NCBI GenBank assembly: GCA_044892525.1
Contig: CM097887.1
Span: 87,398,397 to 87,462,396 of the forward strand
From: Schmidtea polychroa
Taxonomy: Eukaryota
DNA: 64,000 bases
Direction of reading: 5' to 3'
Below the pieces are notes generated by a model, which did not search any database, was not told the origin of the DNA, and worked only from the letters and a program-made list of their open reading frames with translations. This document shows positions 13,901-27,275 of this stretch, piece by piece. The position numbers were made by a program, and so were the translations under genes. How positions within the stretch are numbered: position 1 is the first letter of the stretch; every line of letters starts with the position of its first letter.

Positions 13901-14649
13901 TGTGAAAAATTTTATAAAATTTTAATGTAATTCAAGAAATTTTAATTTTGAAAAACTGAAATAAAATTTATAAAAATGTTTATTTTGATTAATGGATTCA
14001 AAATTTGTTAAAATAGACGAAAAGAGACAATGAAACTTTTTGAATTAATAAAGATTATAAAAAAACCTTATGAATTTTGATTTACAAAATGACCAGAAAG
14101 ACAGCTTTGTTGGTGCTAACATATACAAAAAGAAAATAAATGGTATGCAAAATATTAATGGCAACCAAATGTTGCAGGATGGCTCATTTGGGCAAAAACA
14201 CGTGAAGGAGTAAAATCAAGGGGGTGTGCAGGCTCGGTGATGCGAATCAGATCTTCTCCGCTAATTTGAATATAACTTTAACCCGATGTCTTAAACATTT
14301 CCGCTGTCCCAGTAAAGTGCTTGGAAAATATGAATACTGATTTTAGTACAGCTCGCGCGATGGGTGAAAAAGGGAAATTATGCGAATTATAGTATTAATG
14401 TTTAACCCAATAAGGACAGTGTCTTTATTCTAGCTATTAAGGAGATTACTGTCATTGATAAAAATAATCCCGGACGAAAATGATAGAATTAAAGCTAGTA
14501 CCAATCCTACTGGTACTCCCAATGCCCCTAGTGGCAACTATGTTGCTATAGTGATCAGCAACAATCACCAAAATCCTCGCATTTTCTTGGTATTTCTTGT
14601 TTAGAATGATACCAACTATAATATTGTTGTGTATTTTATGCAAGTAGAT

Positions 14650-15130
14650 ATCACAGTCTGACTCCTTGGTGTCCCTTTGAAATTAAGTTAAACAACCCAA
14701 CAAAAAAATCTTTATTCGAGACTAATACAATTACACTTTGATTACACTCTTTATTGATACAACCACACTTTAAACTACTCTTTTTGCTCTGTACTTTTCA
14801 ATAACAATGTAAACCTTGCGCATGTATTAATCTTCCAACAAGAGATGTCTCTTTCTGGTACGCTTTCAATTCGAAAATATTCAGTTATCACTGAGTTCAA
14901 AGTTTTCTTCGTTTACTGTCGCTAAATAATTGGTTTACGTTCCTTCGACCTACTGGCAATTCTGTTTACTTACCGGTCGCTTTTAAACCCATTTCTTAAT
15001 TTGATTTAAATTATTTCGGATCCAATTTCCCCGGAATTCCTCTTATCGCTCTAATTAGTTTGAAGAATTTGCTCGTCTCTTTTGATGGCTTGCCCAGATT
15101 TAATTATTAGTCCACTGATTTAACTGCCCT
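14650..15130 (-). repeat. Dispersed LTR-like repeat family B (also ~25680-26650 and ~53370-54250)
   Basis: Shared terminal motif TGTCAC/TGTTAC...ACTC...GTGT(C/T)C followed by CA-rich then pyrimidine-rich tracts; the minus strand is purine-rich and looks like decayed coding sequence. Confidence 0.35.
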
Positions 15131-16359
15131 TACTAATTTGATTGACTATTCGGGTTCTTTCACATCGCTCGGGTCTTCCACTAGCTGGGAAACGCGATAA
15201 ATTGAACACTTAAAGGGGTCAGAGAGTAATTACACGTAGTCTCTTTTTAGAGGACTTTGGCATAATCATCTGCTGTAGGACGACCGTCTCCTGTCAGCGA
15301 GGTAGGAATACATGAAATGTTCCCTGACCGGCTGGCAGAAAGAGGTTCTTGATCGACTATATATATATCATCATTATTACAATATTATTTAAAGGACCTA
15401 CTTCGTAATAAAACATAAAATTCTAAATAATAAACAAATCAATAATAAAGAGGGTGCACAAAAACATGATCAAATGCAAATTTGAAAAAATACATCAAAA
15501 GATGAAAATTCAGATCATAAAAATAAACGTAAATTACCAAAGGTTCAAAGTAGAATATTTCCAAAGCTAGTTCCAAGAATAATATAAGTCGATGCTCCGA
15601 AATGGTTATGAAATCGTCGATTGATTAGAAAAGATTGTTATATTTATAGAAGTGATAAAAAGTGGTAAAGTATATACTATTATATGATATATTTTGAATC
15701 CATTCGACCAATCAGAATCAATCGTATGTTTTTTTATCATTTTTATTGTTGTTATTTTCATTTTAGATTCCAATCAATCTGATTTTTCTATTTCATTTTT
15801 TGTTTTAATTATTTGTTTTTATTTTAAATTTATTTCTTTTTCTTTTCTTTCTAACTGGTCGAATCATCGCCATCTGGTTAAGATGATATTTTTTTGCTAT
15901 TTTTGTGTCTTTTTTGCGGCAATTTGTGTTATTTTCCTGCTTTTAAAATATGTTTCGTGTGCTTTTTCGTCTTGCTTTTTCTCGATTTTATTACTTTTAT
16001 TTTAATTATTTTTATTCATGTATTATTTAATTTTGTTTTACTTGGTGTTATTATTGATTTTGAATATTCTTGATGCATTTTATTTGTTGTGTGGAGTCAT
16101 TTCAGTTGACTATTTACCTTCAATCAATTATAAGAAAATTAGGAAAAGAAAGCAAAGATATTGTTGTTTCTGAGCTTAGCTCAACACTATGAACAAGACT
16201 GTAGCCATCAAAATTTTTTTTAAAAATCGGTTTTTTAATTTCGGCAAGTGCTAGCCTGAACCATTGAAAAACTTAAAAATTCCGTGACCTACATAAAAAT
16301 ACTAGTTGACATACTTAAAATATTAAGCAAAGTTTTTTTAGCTCAATAATTTTTTTCAC

Positions 16360-18775
16360 AGCGGCGGGATTTGGGTTGTGCCAGCGGGAAACCATCCATA
16401 TACTTCCGGCTAACAAAAATTCGATGTATTGAACTAAAAAAGTAAATACAATTAACAAGTTTTCATTCCAGAAAAAGATTCTGTTTCGTGTCTTTTCTAG
16501 TTCAAATGACCTAAGGAAATGTTTACGTATGAGAGGATTAGATGAAATCCCGAAATCAGTCATATTCATTCGAAAAAATTTGTAATGAATTAAGTTGAAC
16601 AAATTCGATAAACCGTTACCTCCGAAATTATGTCACTAAAGAAGAAGAATGTTGGTTGGTATCCTGTCGTATATTTAAATTTTAAATTTAACTTTCTTTC
16701 GAAAACTATGAACAAAGTATGGTGTTTTCATGTAAACTGTTTATGGATAACGAAACTGATGTATCATTATACAATAATGGTTTTAATGATTGGATTTATT
16801 TGGGTACTTCCGTGTTATCTTACCCCCAAAAATTAAATTATAAAATACAATTAAAATAACAATATAAAAAATGAGAGAATACATTATTGATGACGTTATT
16901 GAACATTATTGAACATGAATTTATTAAGGCTATCTGTGATTTATGTGATTATGTGAGTTTATGTGGCGCAAACGTGTTCTAAGCAACAGTGCCGAAGTGT
17001 TCGACACTATTCTCAACGACATTGTGGTTTTCTGGCCACCTGGATGACCATTTACAAACTCTTTACAAACATTTGCTGAGTTTGTAACTGTGATTTAGAA
17101 AATAAATATAATAATTATATGTGTTCTTTTTTAATTTAATTTTTGGGAGTAAGATAACACGGAAGTACCTTTATTTGAGTCAAAGACTTAAAGCGCAAGA
17201 GCGATCAGTGCATCATATAAAATATATGCAGACTTGGCTTCAAACTGAACACAATCTAAACTTTGGTAATACAATAGATCAAAAACATGAACGGATAATT
17301 GGTATTGAAATACATCGTTGGAAAAAGAGTTTTGAACGTATAATCGGAACAATTTTATATTTATCTGAACATTATTTAGCTTTCCGAGGAAGTAGTGATA
17401 CTCTATATTCACCGCACAATGGCAACTTTTTAGGTTTATTATAACTGATTGCTAGATTTGATCCGGTTCTAAAAGATCACCTTAATCGTACTACCATTCA
17501 AAATGGCAAGAAAAAAGAGAAACTTCTATTTGTACCATTTAATTCAAAATGAATTAATTAATTATTTGGGAAATAAAGTTAAAAACAAAATAATAGAATT
17601 GATAAAGTACTGCAAGTATTATTCCATATTACTTGATTGTACTCCTGATATAAGTCATCAAGAGCAATTATCAGTTGTTCTCCGCCGTGTTGATTATTTG
17701 AGGATGAGGAGAAGATGAACCAATTGACTATACTAAAGAAAGTTTCAGAATAAATTATTTTTTAAAAATTGTTGATACTACACGTATTTGCTTTCAAAAA
17801 AGATTCGAATGCTATGAAAAACATAACAAAATTTTTGGGTTTTTTACGATTTAAATAAATTAAAATTGAAAGATGATAGTTACATTTTAAATTGTTGTAG
17901 GGACTTACAACTAGCAATAGAAGGGGATATAGATGCTATGGATTTATATGAAGAAATTAAGTTTTATATGAATATCGTGCCTGAAAATAAAACTGCTTTA
18001 GAATTATTAAAATATATTATTAAAAACAACTTATCGGAAATTTATCCGAATTTAATTACAAGTCTGCAAATATTGTTGATGACGCCTGTTACTGTAGCTT
18101 CTGCAGGGTGATCATTTTCAAAGCTGAAAATCATAAAAAATTATCTACGGTCAACAATTAGTCAGGATATGTTTTCTTCATTATCAATTTTGGCAATTGA
18201 AAATGAAATTGCAAGAGAAATAAATTACGATGATATAATTGAAGAATTCAGTACAAAAAGAGTTTGAAAAATAAAATAGATTTATTTATACATATTCTGA
18301 TACTTACTATTGTTTTAAATAAAAAATGTATTTAACATGATCATCTTGTTTATATTTTTCTTATGAAATTTACTTTAATTCATAATTTTTTTCTCCAAAC
18401 TAAACAAATTTACTTAATTTTGTGCATTTTAAATAAATCAGTCATAATAGATAGTTTCACTTAAAGTACATACAATTTATTATGTGTTTTTATTTCAATG
18501 AAAACATTAAAATTTTTCAAAGTTATAATTGCATTGCAGTTTTCAAAATACTGATAGAAAATTGTTTATATGTTTATTTAAGTTATGCAAGTTGGAAAAT
18601 AACTTATTGAAATATGTTATATATGCAACGATGTGATGTCAATCATATTTTATATTAGTAATTTATTATAGCAGATTCCAATCTCTTAGGTTGATAAAAA
18701 GCAAAGCAAATTAATAAAAAAATAGCCCCACGGTTAACCTCGCACATGGCCCCGCAAATGTCCAAGTCGGCGATG
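16360..18775 (+). mobile_element. Internally deleted hAT (ZMYM1/TTF-type) element
   Basis: TTF zinc-finger remnant (CKLF...GFNDW, ~16730-16795), LAFRGSSD...NGNFLGLL, YYSILLDCTPDISHQEQLSVVLR, and dimerisation motif TPVTVASAG*SFSKLKIIKNYLRST. The right end resembles a hAT TIR (...AAGTCGGCGATG, 18775). Confidence 0.85.
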
Positions 18776-19208
18776 CGTTAATCTTAAAACTTTTGTGACT
18801 TTTATCGTGAAGACATTGCAGTAATCATGATATAAGCACAATTAATAAATACAAAACAAAGACACAAATATATAGATAAATTTTTAACAAACACACTATA
18901 ACTGCTGCGCATTAATTTGATTGGTCAGTTTTTTCTATAAATACATGTTACTGATCCAATTTTCTTAGAATTACATATGGTCAAGAAATGAAGAATATCC
19001 AATAAATAATGGATATCATTTGCAAACTGTTCAGTTATTTCACAATTATAAAATATATTTTTGAATAATCAAATTAAAGTCAAGTTAGAAAATTTAGAAA
19101 AGATTCATAAAACACCATATCCACATCTGATGGCTACTTTTTTAATGATCGTCATGCTCGATTTTTTGACATTTTCACAAAAATTAGTTTCCGAGAAAAT
19201 GAGAAATG

Positions 19209-20912
19209 TAGGCGCGTACGCAGGATGANNNNNNNNNNNNNNNNNNNNNNNNNNNNNNNNNNNNNNNNNNNNNNNNNNNNNNNNNNNNNNNNNNNNNNNN
19301 NNNNNNNNNNNNNNNNNNNNNNNNNNNNNNNNNNNNNNNNNNNNNNNNNNNNNNNNNNNNNNNNNNNNNNNNNNNNNNNNNTTGGGGCCCGGGGATATAC
19401 TTCTTGTGGGGGCCCCTGCCAAGAGTGTGAAAAAAAAATTTTCCCCTCGGACTTTCGGCTATTTATAAATGAAGCGGGAAACCGAAATATGTCCTAATTG
19501 TTATTGGAACAATGTATTCATCAAAAATTCTCTTACAAAAATGAAAACGTTTACAACTAAAATTACAAAAAAAGTACAAAAAACAAATTATTTTTTAGAA
19601 TGTTGCTTTCCGAACCTTGCGCCTAGCAAACAAATTAATTACGTCTTGAAAATCAATTTTCTTAGCCATTTCAGATTCAATCGACAACATTCCTAAATCA
19701 TTCAATCGGTGTTGTGACATTGTGGATCTCAAAACATCTTTTATCCTTTTTAAAACACTAAAGGATCGTTCTGCTTCAGCAACGGTTACTGGGATCGTAC
19801 AAAATAATCTTATTGCTATTATTATGTTGGAAACAAACAATACAGTTTCATTTTTTTAATGATGTTTAGTAACTCAATGGGCGAGAGAGATTTGTTTTGT
19901 ATATTGGCATCATAAATTGATTTTAAATGGAGTATTTCTTCACCAAGATTATGGTCAATATTATTTTCATATACCTTTTGTAATTTTTCGGACTTCTTTT
20001 GTATTTCTTCACCATTAAGGTTATGAAATAACCATAATACATTAAATAACGAATCAATTTCTTTAGCCACATTAAATCTTCTTGCAATATTTCCAATAAT
20101 ACAATCTAAGAAAACATTGAAAACATTTGTTCTGAATTCGTCACTTGGTGTCATTTCTAATTCATCCACGTCGCGAATATCGGAGTCGATGGCTGTCTCC
20201 CATTGACTGCTAATTACTAATAATCGAAAATTAGACTTCAGCAGTACAGCACCGGTAAAGAAATGCTTTGTAGCCCAACGCTTAGGTTAATTTCTTTTTC
20301 ACTTTCGGCTTAATTCACAAACACGATTACTTTATCCGCTTCTTCCTGGAGATTTTCACATTGATCAAACAACTACACTTATAACACTATTAATGTTGGT
20401 AATTTTTCTTTTAGTTAAATAATAATAGAGTTTGTAAATAATGAAACAGGCTCAAAATGTCAAAAACTAGTGATAGCAAGCACTTGACTCTTGACAAACA
20501 AAAGATTGCCACATGTGCTTACCATTACTGCAAGATGCGTTTGTGCCGTGTAGACTTTTTGGCAACGGGGGTTCCGAAAGCAATCTTGGCAACGGACACT
20601 CTCCAGACGTACCCCACACACACGCACTACAAAAGGAGGAACATAGTTCCTACAAATTGAAATCATGATTTTTTCATAAAAAAATCAAGTGATTTAAATC
20701 ATGATAGATTTTTTCTCCGGGGACCCGGGTATTTTCCCCATCAAACCCCCCCTCTTGTCTAGCCTGTATATATATATATATATATCGGCATTCGGAATAT
20801 TTCTTAAATTGTTTGAAGTTTATATATTTATTAATTATAGTTTTTTATATTGTTTTTGGAATCATGGGGGGGGGGGTTAAACCCCCAGTAACCCCCCCTG
20901 CGTACGCCACTG
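19209..20912. mobile_element. hAT-type non-autonomous element with perfect 8-bp TSD, containing a second hAT
   Basis: TSD GAGAAATG at 19201-19208 and 20913-20920. TIRs TAGGCGCGTACGCAGG and (reverse complement) CAGTGGCGTACGCAGG. Confidence 0.8.
19382..20766 (-). mobile_element. Nested hAT transposase 3' fragment
   Basis: ORFs 19822-20169 and 19595-19840 encode IPVTVAEAERSFSVLKRIKDVLRSTMSQHRL (hATC dimerisation domain). GC-rich subterminal sequences at 19382-19420 and 20715-20766; one end falls in the gap 19229-19381. Confidence 0.85.
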
Positions 20913-21717
20913 GAGAAATGTGTTATGTGCGTATTAAGTACTTCAAAGGAAATTTGGTGTAAATCGATAATATGTAAAACTTATAAAAATTGAAAATAAA
21001 TCAATTAATTAAAATTTCAAAACATTAATGAATAATGTAGTCCGTTTAAATGGGTATGACTGGATGGCAAATTATGAGACTAATATAGATATAATACAAA
21101 ATCTATGTAGTGCTCCTAAAATATATATTCAAAAAATAGAAACTAAAAATTAATAAATAATTGAGTAGTCATGTGAGAAAAATATAAAGTAATTAGAACC
21201 TTTCAAAATAAAATTACGCAGAGTCTGTTCATTTAAAAGTGAAATTTATTTTGTTTTTAGAAAAATACGTCTTATGAAATTGTTTTGATGTTGGTTAATT
21301 AAATTATTTGAAGTATAAAGATTTATAAGAAGGATTGACACTAAAATCCAAATGCGAGTTGGTCGAAGAACGAAATAAGCAACAAGCAAGGAGAGCAAGG
21401 CAGACTCTAACTCAAAGTCACAAACAAATAAACAAGTGAAAAATTGATAGATAAATAAACGCAGTTTCCAATTGAGATTCTAACTCTAATATTATCGTCA
21501 AAAAGTACAGATTAAGTCTTAATCATTAAGAGATGGATTAACATTATAACATAGTAAAGATTTTGATTGAGTTTCAATAAATTATCCTGAATTTGGTTTT
21601 ATTTGATCAATTGAGATAAAGAGCACGAGGAAGCAGAATCTGTGTCGACTTTAATAAATAATAATCTAATAGTTAGTATTTTCGAATAACAATACAAGGA
21701 TTCAGAAAGGACCAAAC

Positions 21718-24700
21718 CAGTGGCGGAAATAGATTTTGGTGCGTGGGGGGCGAGGAAAATTTTGAGGGGGCGCCACAAATTATGAAGATGGTACTACTTA
21801 TTTTCGCGAGTATTGAGTGAATACTAATATTATTAAAAAGCATTATATTCAGTAAATTTATTCTAGTAAATTTATTGATGTAACAAACATACAAGTTTTT
21901 TTATTATTTAAATTGCTTCCTGCGTGATTTCATTGAAGCAAAACGATTTATAGTCGATTCAAAGTCAATGTTCTCAGCCAGTTCGCGTTCTCTATGAAAT
22001 TAATGCTAATCCAGACAGACGTTCGTTTGTCATTGTTGATCGCAAATAATTTTTGATGATTTTCAGTCTACTGAAACTTCTTTCAGCAGTAGCAGATGTA
22101 ACAGGAAGAGTCAAGTATATTTTATAGAGAATTGCCAAATTGGGAAGTCCTGGTGCCATCTGTCTTTCAACCAAGAAAGGCAGCACCTCTTTAAGTTGTA
22201 GTTCACAAGATAGTAATGGGCGTATTGATGCATATACGTGTTTGAAAGTATCATATTCTAGGATTGCTTCTTCAATATTAATATCGTTTTTGTAAATGTC
22301 GCATAAATTTTGAAAAGATTCTTTATTTTCTTCTGATATTTGTGATGGATCAAGGCAGGAGAATAAAGCAATAGTGTTATGAAAATCATTAAAACGTTCA
22401 TCTAGTTGTGTTACAAGTGTATCCAAGACAGTGAAATACGTTTCACAATTGAAGCGTGTAGTTGGATCATCAACCCTTTCATCTCTGTTAAGTTCACCTG
22501 CCATGCGTTTCCTTTTTGCAACTCGCTTTTGTTTAAATTCTGTTTCAACATCTAGTAAGGAACAATTTTTGATAATAAATGATTTTACAGCAACATTTAG
22601 ACTTTCAAAAGCTTTATCACTTCTCATATCACCAAACTTATCTCTGGCAAAATAAATCAATTGTTTTGCAAACGCAATATCAATGTCCTTTCGTTGCAAA
22701 TAGTTTGATAACACAAAGATATTATCTAACAGCTTTTGTAGAAATAGCATCAGAAAAACAAAATAATATTTTGTTATCAAAATAGATAGTCCCATAGCTT
22801 CTGCTCTGACACTTCCTTTGTGTTCTTTTGATTCCCCAAAATTTATATCGTCTAGAGTAGATATAATAGCGGAGAATGATCCAACAACTGCATCAACTGC
22901 ATGCTTTCGGCTTGCCCATCTTGTATCAGAAAGTCGTTTAGAGTATCTACTGTCGATTCATATCGAGACTTCTAATGTTCTTCGAGAATATGTAGTCGTG
23001 GTAGACTTGATGTAAGGAAAGTATACACCTTTTCTGTTGTACCAAAAAACAACTGAACATCACTGTTAAGAGACATTGCTTCAATAGTCACCAAATTCAA
23101 TGCATGAGAACAACAGTGAACAAAGATGGCATTTGGTGAAAGTGTCTTTATCTTAGTTTGAAGACCATTTTTAATCCCAGACATCACAGAGGCACCATCA
23201 TATGCCTGTCCTCCACAAAGTGTAATGTGAATGTTTCGCTTTTGTAACTCTGTTAATAATATATCAGAAAATGCTACAGCATTACTGTTTTCTATAAATC
23301 GTTCAACAACTTGTCCTGATTTTAACACTAATCTTAAAGAAACTGACATCTGATCAACTCTGGATATATCAATTGTTGAATCAACAATTAGAGAAAAGAA
23401 TTGTGCAGACCTAACTTCATTATCAATATTTGCGGATAATTCTGAGGCAAGTGATTGAATTAGGTCATTTTGTACATCATGACATAAATAAAGTTCATTT
23501 TTCTTTTCAAACTTTAGATGATTGTCCAAAGTGGAATCATATTTAGCCAATAAAAATAGCAATTCACGAAAATTTCCAGTATTACTACTGTCAGAGCCAG
23601 AATGTTCTCTGCGTCCTCTAAATGGCAAACCTTGTTTTGCTAAAAACAACGTTGCATCTACCATTCGTTTCAAAACTTCTCTATTTTTTCCACTTGATAA
23701 CGCTCCTGACTGATCAAACCAGATATCACAGTTTTATCATTTGAAATGCGATATTTAGCCAGCAAATATTGACATATTGCACTTTGATGTTGATTGGAAG
23801 TTTCATGTTTAACGATTTTTTCAATGCCTTTTTACCAGTTATAAACTCCAAAATTTGGGTCGGACTATTCCTTGCTATAATTTTCAGTTTTACAATCAGC
23901 GAATAACCAGCAAGCTTGGCAATGCATTTTTTGATTTGTTGGTGAATAGACAAGCCAATTTCTTTCCTCCTTCATACTACCTTTTCCAAAAAATTTTGTG
24001 TACCAAGAAATTTGAAACTTGTGCCCCAATTCATCTGTCGGAAATTGAAATGGTTTATTGAGTCCAGGTTGACATGGTCCGATTTCAAACAATTTTCGTA
24101 TCAGTTTCGAGCTTATGCTTGTATTAATGTAGAGTCCTGGATCAGTAGGAAAGTCGGATTGAGGAAGAAGTGGCTCTTGTAAAATATCTGAAGCAAGTTG
24201 TTCTTCCACTGTATCAAATTCTGAATCACCCTGATTATGTTTCAAGCCCTGAGCAAGTAATGTTACCGTCTCAATATTCTCTGCACATGAATGTATAACT
24301 GGGTGTTGTTCATCAACTACTTGCTCATCTTCAACAAGAACTTCAGATGATGTTTCTGTTTCAGCAGGCTCAGCACAGGAACTCGAATGCGTAGATGGGT
24401 GTTGATCCTCAAATACATGCTCATTTTTAGCAGAAACTTCAGTTGATTGAACTACTGGCAGTTTAGACGGTTTAGTTATAAATGATATTAACTTAATATA
24501 TTTGCTAGCATCTGCCTTGAGACTGGCTTCCTTTTCAAATTTACGCCTAGATGATCCACTTAATTTGGTATTTGCTTTGCTTTTATTAGTATCACCAGCT
24601 GACTCAGCCATGGCTATAATTTAAATTTTATTTTAATTCAATATTGAATATTATTTTAATATTTCAATAGTAACGCAATAATTTGTTTGTCAAAAATTCC

Positions 24701-24945
24701 AAATTGACAATAATTATTATGGTTAGATTTATGTACAAACACTATACAAGCTTAAAAACTTCAAACAGTCGCTCTTTACTGGAGCTATGTAATATTATTA
24801 ATATGATGCAGCATAACAGCTGGAGTTACTTAAATCCAGTTGAACTTTGTACACAGACAAAACTGTAATAAGAGAAAAAATTCATAAAATTATCTCTGGG
24901 GGGTCGAGTCGCCCCCTCCCACGCCTATAGCTAAATCCGCTACTG
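21718..24945 (-). mobile_element. Near full-length hAT transposon (ZMYM1-like transposase, inactivated)
   Basis: Perfect TSD GACCAAAC (21710-21717 and 24946-24953). TIRs CAGTGGCGGAAATAG and CAGTAGCGGATTTAG. Transposase runs 24611 to ~21970 with TTF finger (CQACWLF), LPFRG, IVDSTIDIS, GQAYDGASVMSG, HCCSH and PVTSATAERSFS. Two premature stops near 23840-23865 plus frameshifts. Confidence 0.96.
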
Positions 24946-27275
24946 GACCAAACAATATTTTTTCTCCAAAATGCGGAATTGACAAAGCTTAAATGGCACT
25001 TAGATATTAATTTTATAGGTGCAAAATTGTACTAGGGTAGTATTAATATCAAAAATATGCAATAAGTAGATTGTCTAGTTTTTCTAATAAGTATATATAA
25101 GTATATATATAATACACGGAAAACCTTTCTAAATTAATTAGTAAAAAATTATTTTGAAAATGTAGACACATGAAAGTTTATTTTTTAACTTTTAAAATCG
25201 ATTTTTCGACCATCAATAATGGTCTGATCAAAAATTTTATTATGAACGATTCCGGTTATAGAATTTTTAATTTTGTTGTATCATTGTTTCTCATGACGAG
25301 GGGGTCTTTTTTCTGAATGACTCACATTGGGTACAGAGGAACCAGGCAAGATTTTCGATATTTTTCAAGTGCCATCACCCAAAGAATTAGGATTATTGCT
25401 ACAAAAATGATATTTAAAATATTTACTGTAAAATTATGAAAAAATCAATTTTTAAATTATGAATTGTTGTATGATTAAAATTACATGTTAACCAAAAAAT
25501 CTTCGAATATTTTTCTAATTCTAAATATAATTTTTATTTTTTTGTACGATCATTATTTCTTAAGAGATGATGGGGTCTTTGTTCTGGATGGCTCACATCT
25601 CCCTAATGTAGCAGAGTAAATTTATAAATTCCTTTATATAATTAATCATTTAAGTACTTCGTATGGTCATAAATTTAAATGTCACTTTGACTCTAAGCGT
25701 GTCTTTATACGATCCACAAATAACACTTGACAACAGAAATATTTATTTATAATAACAATTAAACTTTAACTTTTCACTGACAATAAATTCAACACTCTGC
25801 TTGGTGACTATACAATGCTTATTACAACACTCGGCGAGGAATAGCACTTGTGTATGACACCGGGTTAAAAGATTACAAATTACTGATTTGTTTATCAACT
25901 GGGACTTTGAGCTGGTTGTTTTCTTTGACCTTCTTCACAAGTTTATTCAAATAATCAAGTAACTTCTTTTCGTTTAATTTTTCAACTAATTCTTTTATTC
26001 AAATCTTCTCCAAACAATTATTATTCACAACTATTTTCTTTACAATTCTTTTTCACAATTGTTTCTCCAACAGCGTTTCGTCCGACGTTGTCTTATTTTC
26101 TCCAATAATTTTATCTCAAATTGTCTCTCCAAATATCTTTCATATTGTCTCAATTTCACGTCACTTTTGTCTCTAATTTTGTCTCGCTTTGCGATTCTCT
26201 TTGTCTCTAATTCGTGTCCTATTGTCTCTGCTAGTTTCTCCTTATATAGTTTGCTTCTATTGTGGCACTCAAGATAATCAAGTGTTTTTCCATTTTCTTT
26301 CTCCTGCTTTCCCCGACTGTTCCATTTTTATCTCTGAAGGCTGTCAAGCTATTTTCCTTTTATCCTTTTTTGTTTAACCGTCTTCTCCCAGCAATTACGT
26401 TATCACTGGCAGGCTGTCGAGATAAGAATATTGTTGTTTTCCTTTTTTGCCGATTTTAAAAATCCATTTTCCTTTTTGTATTAATTAATTAGTACTGATC
26501 TTGGTTTTTATTTTCATGTTTGATTTCTTTTGTTTCTCTCCTCTTCCTCATTTCTCATTTCTTTTTGCTTCCGCTTTCTTTACTGAGTTCCCATAGATCG
26601 TCCTGTTTGTCATGGCGATCTTCCCCCAGGTAATTTATTTATTCATTATGTTATTTTCCATTTAGCCATCCTCAACAGTATAATTAAAAAATCTTATTTT
26701 TTAGTATAAATTTTAATTTATAATAGATATCAGTTATTTGATAGAGTAACAGATTGCACTCTTAAGNNNNNNNNNNNNNNNNNNNNNNNNNNNNNNNNNN
26801 NNNNNNNNNNNNNNNNNNNNNNNNNNNNNNNNNNNNNNNNNNNNNNNNNNNNNNNNNNNNNNNNNNNNNNNNNNNNNNNNNNNNNNNNNNNNNNNNNNNN
26901 NNNNNNNNNNNNNNNNNNNNNNNNNNNNNNNNNNNNNNNNNNNNNNNNNNNNNNNNNNNNNNNNNNNNNNNNNNNNNNNNNNNNNNNNNNNNNNNNNNNN
27001 NNNNNNNNNNNNNNNNNNNNNNNNNNNNNNNNNNNNNNNNNNNNNNNNNNNNNNNNNNNNCATGAAAATTATAATGCAAATAATTATTTTAAATTAAGAA
27101 TACTTAAAATTTAAAAAAAATATATTAATATTTTTTCATAAGTAATTAAATTATAACTAAATTACGCTTTTAAAATTATATTTAAATATAATTACTTTTC
27201 ATAAAAAAAACAATTTTAATTTCTCATAAAATTGACGAAAATTTGTTTGAAATTTATTTAATAACCCTCTCATTA

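Noticed and set aside
15694-16005. Hydrophobic Phe/Ile-rich ORFs (also 2465-2970, 26059-26459, 53977-54174) resembling membrane proteins
   Set aside because: They are antisense readings of A-rich decayed retroelement sequence; low complexity and no splice structure.
19105-19497. ORFs spanning N runs (also 26734-27079, 35046-35417, 47494-47829, 50228-50537)
   Set aside because: Artefacts of translating assembly gaps.
23700-23870. Programmed frameshift or readthrough linking the three hAT ORFs
   Set aside because: There are several independent lesions (two stops, single-base deletion, small in-frame deletion) with no slippery-site or structure pattern; ordinary decay explains them.
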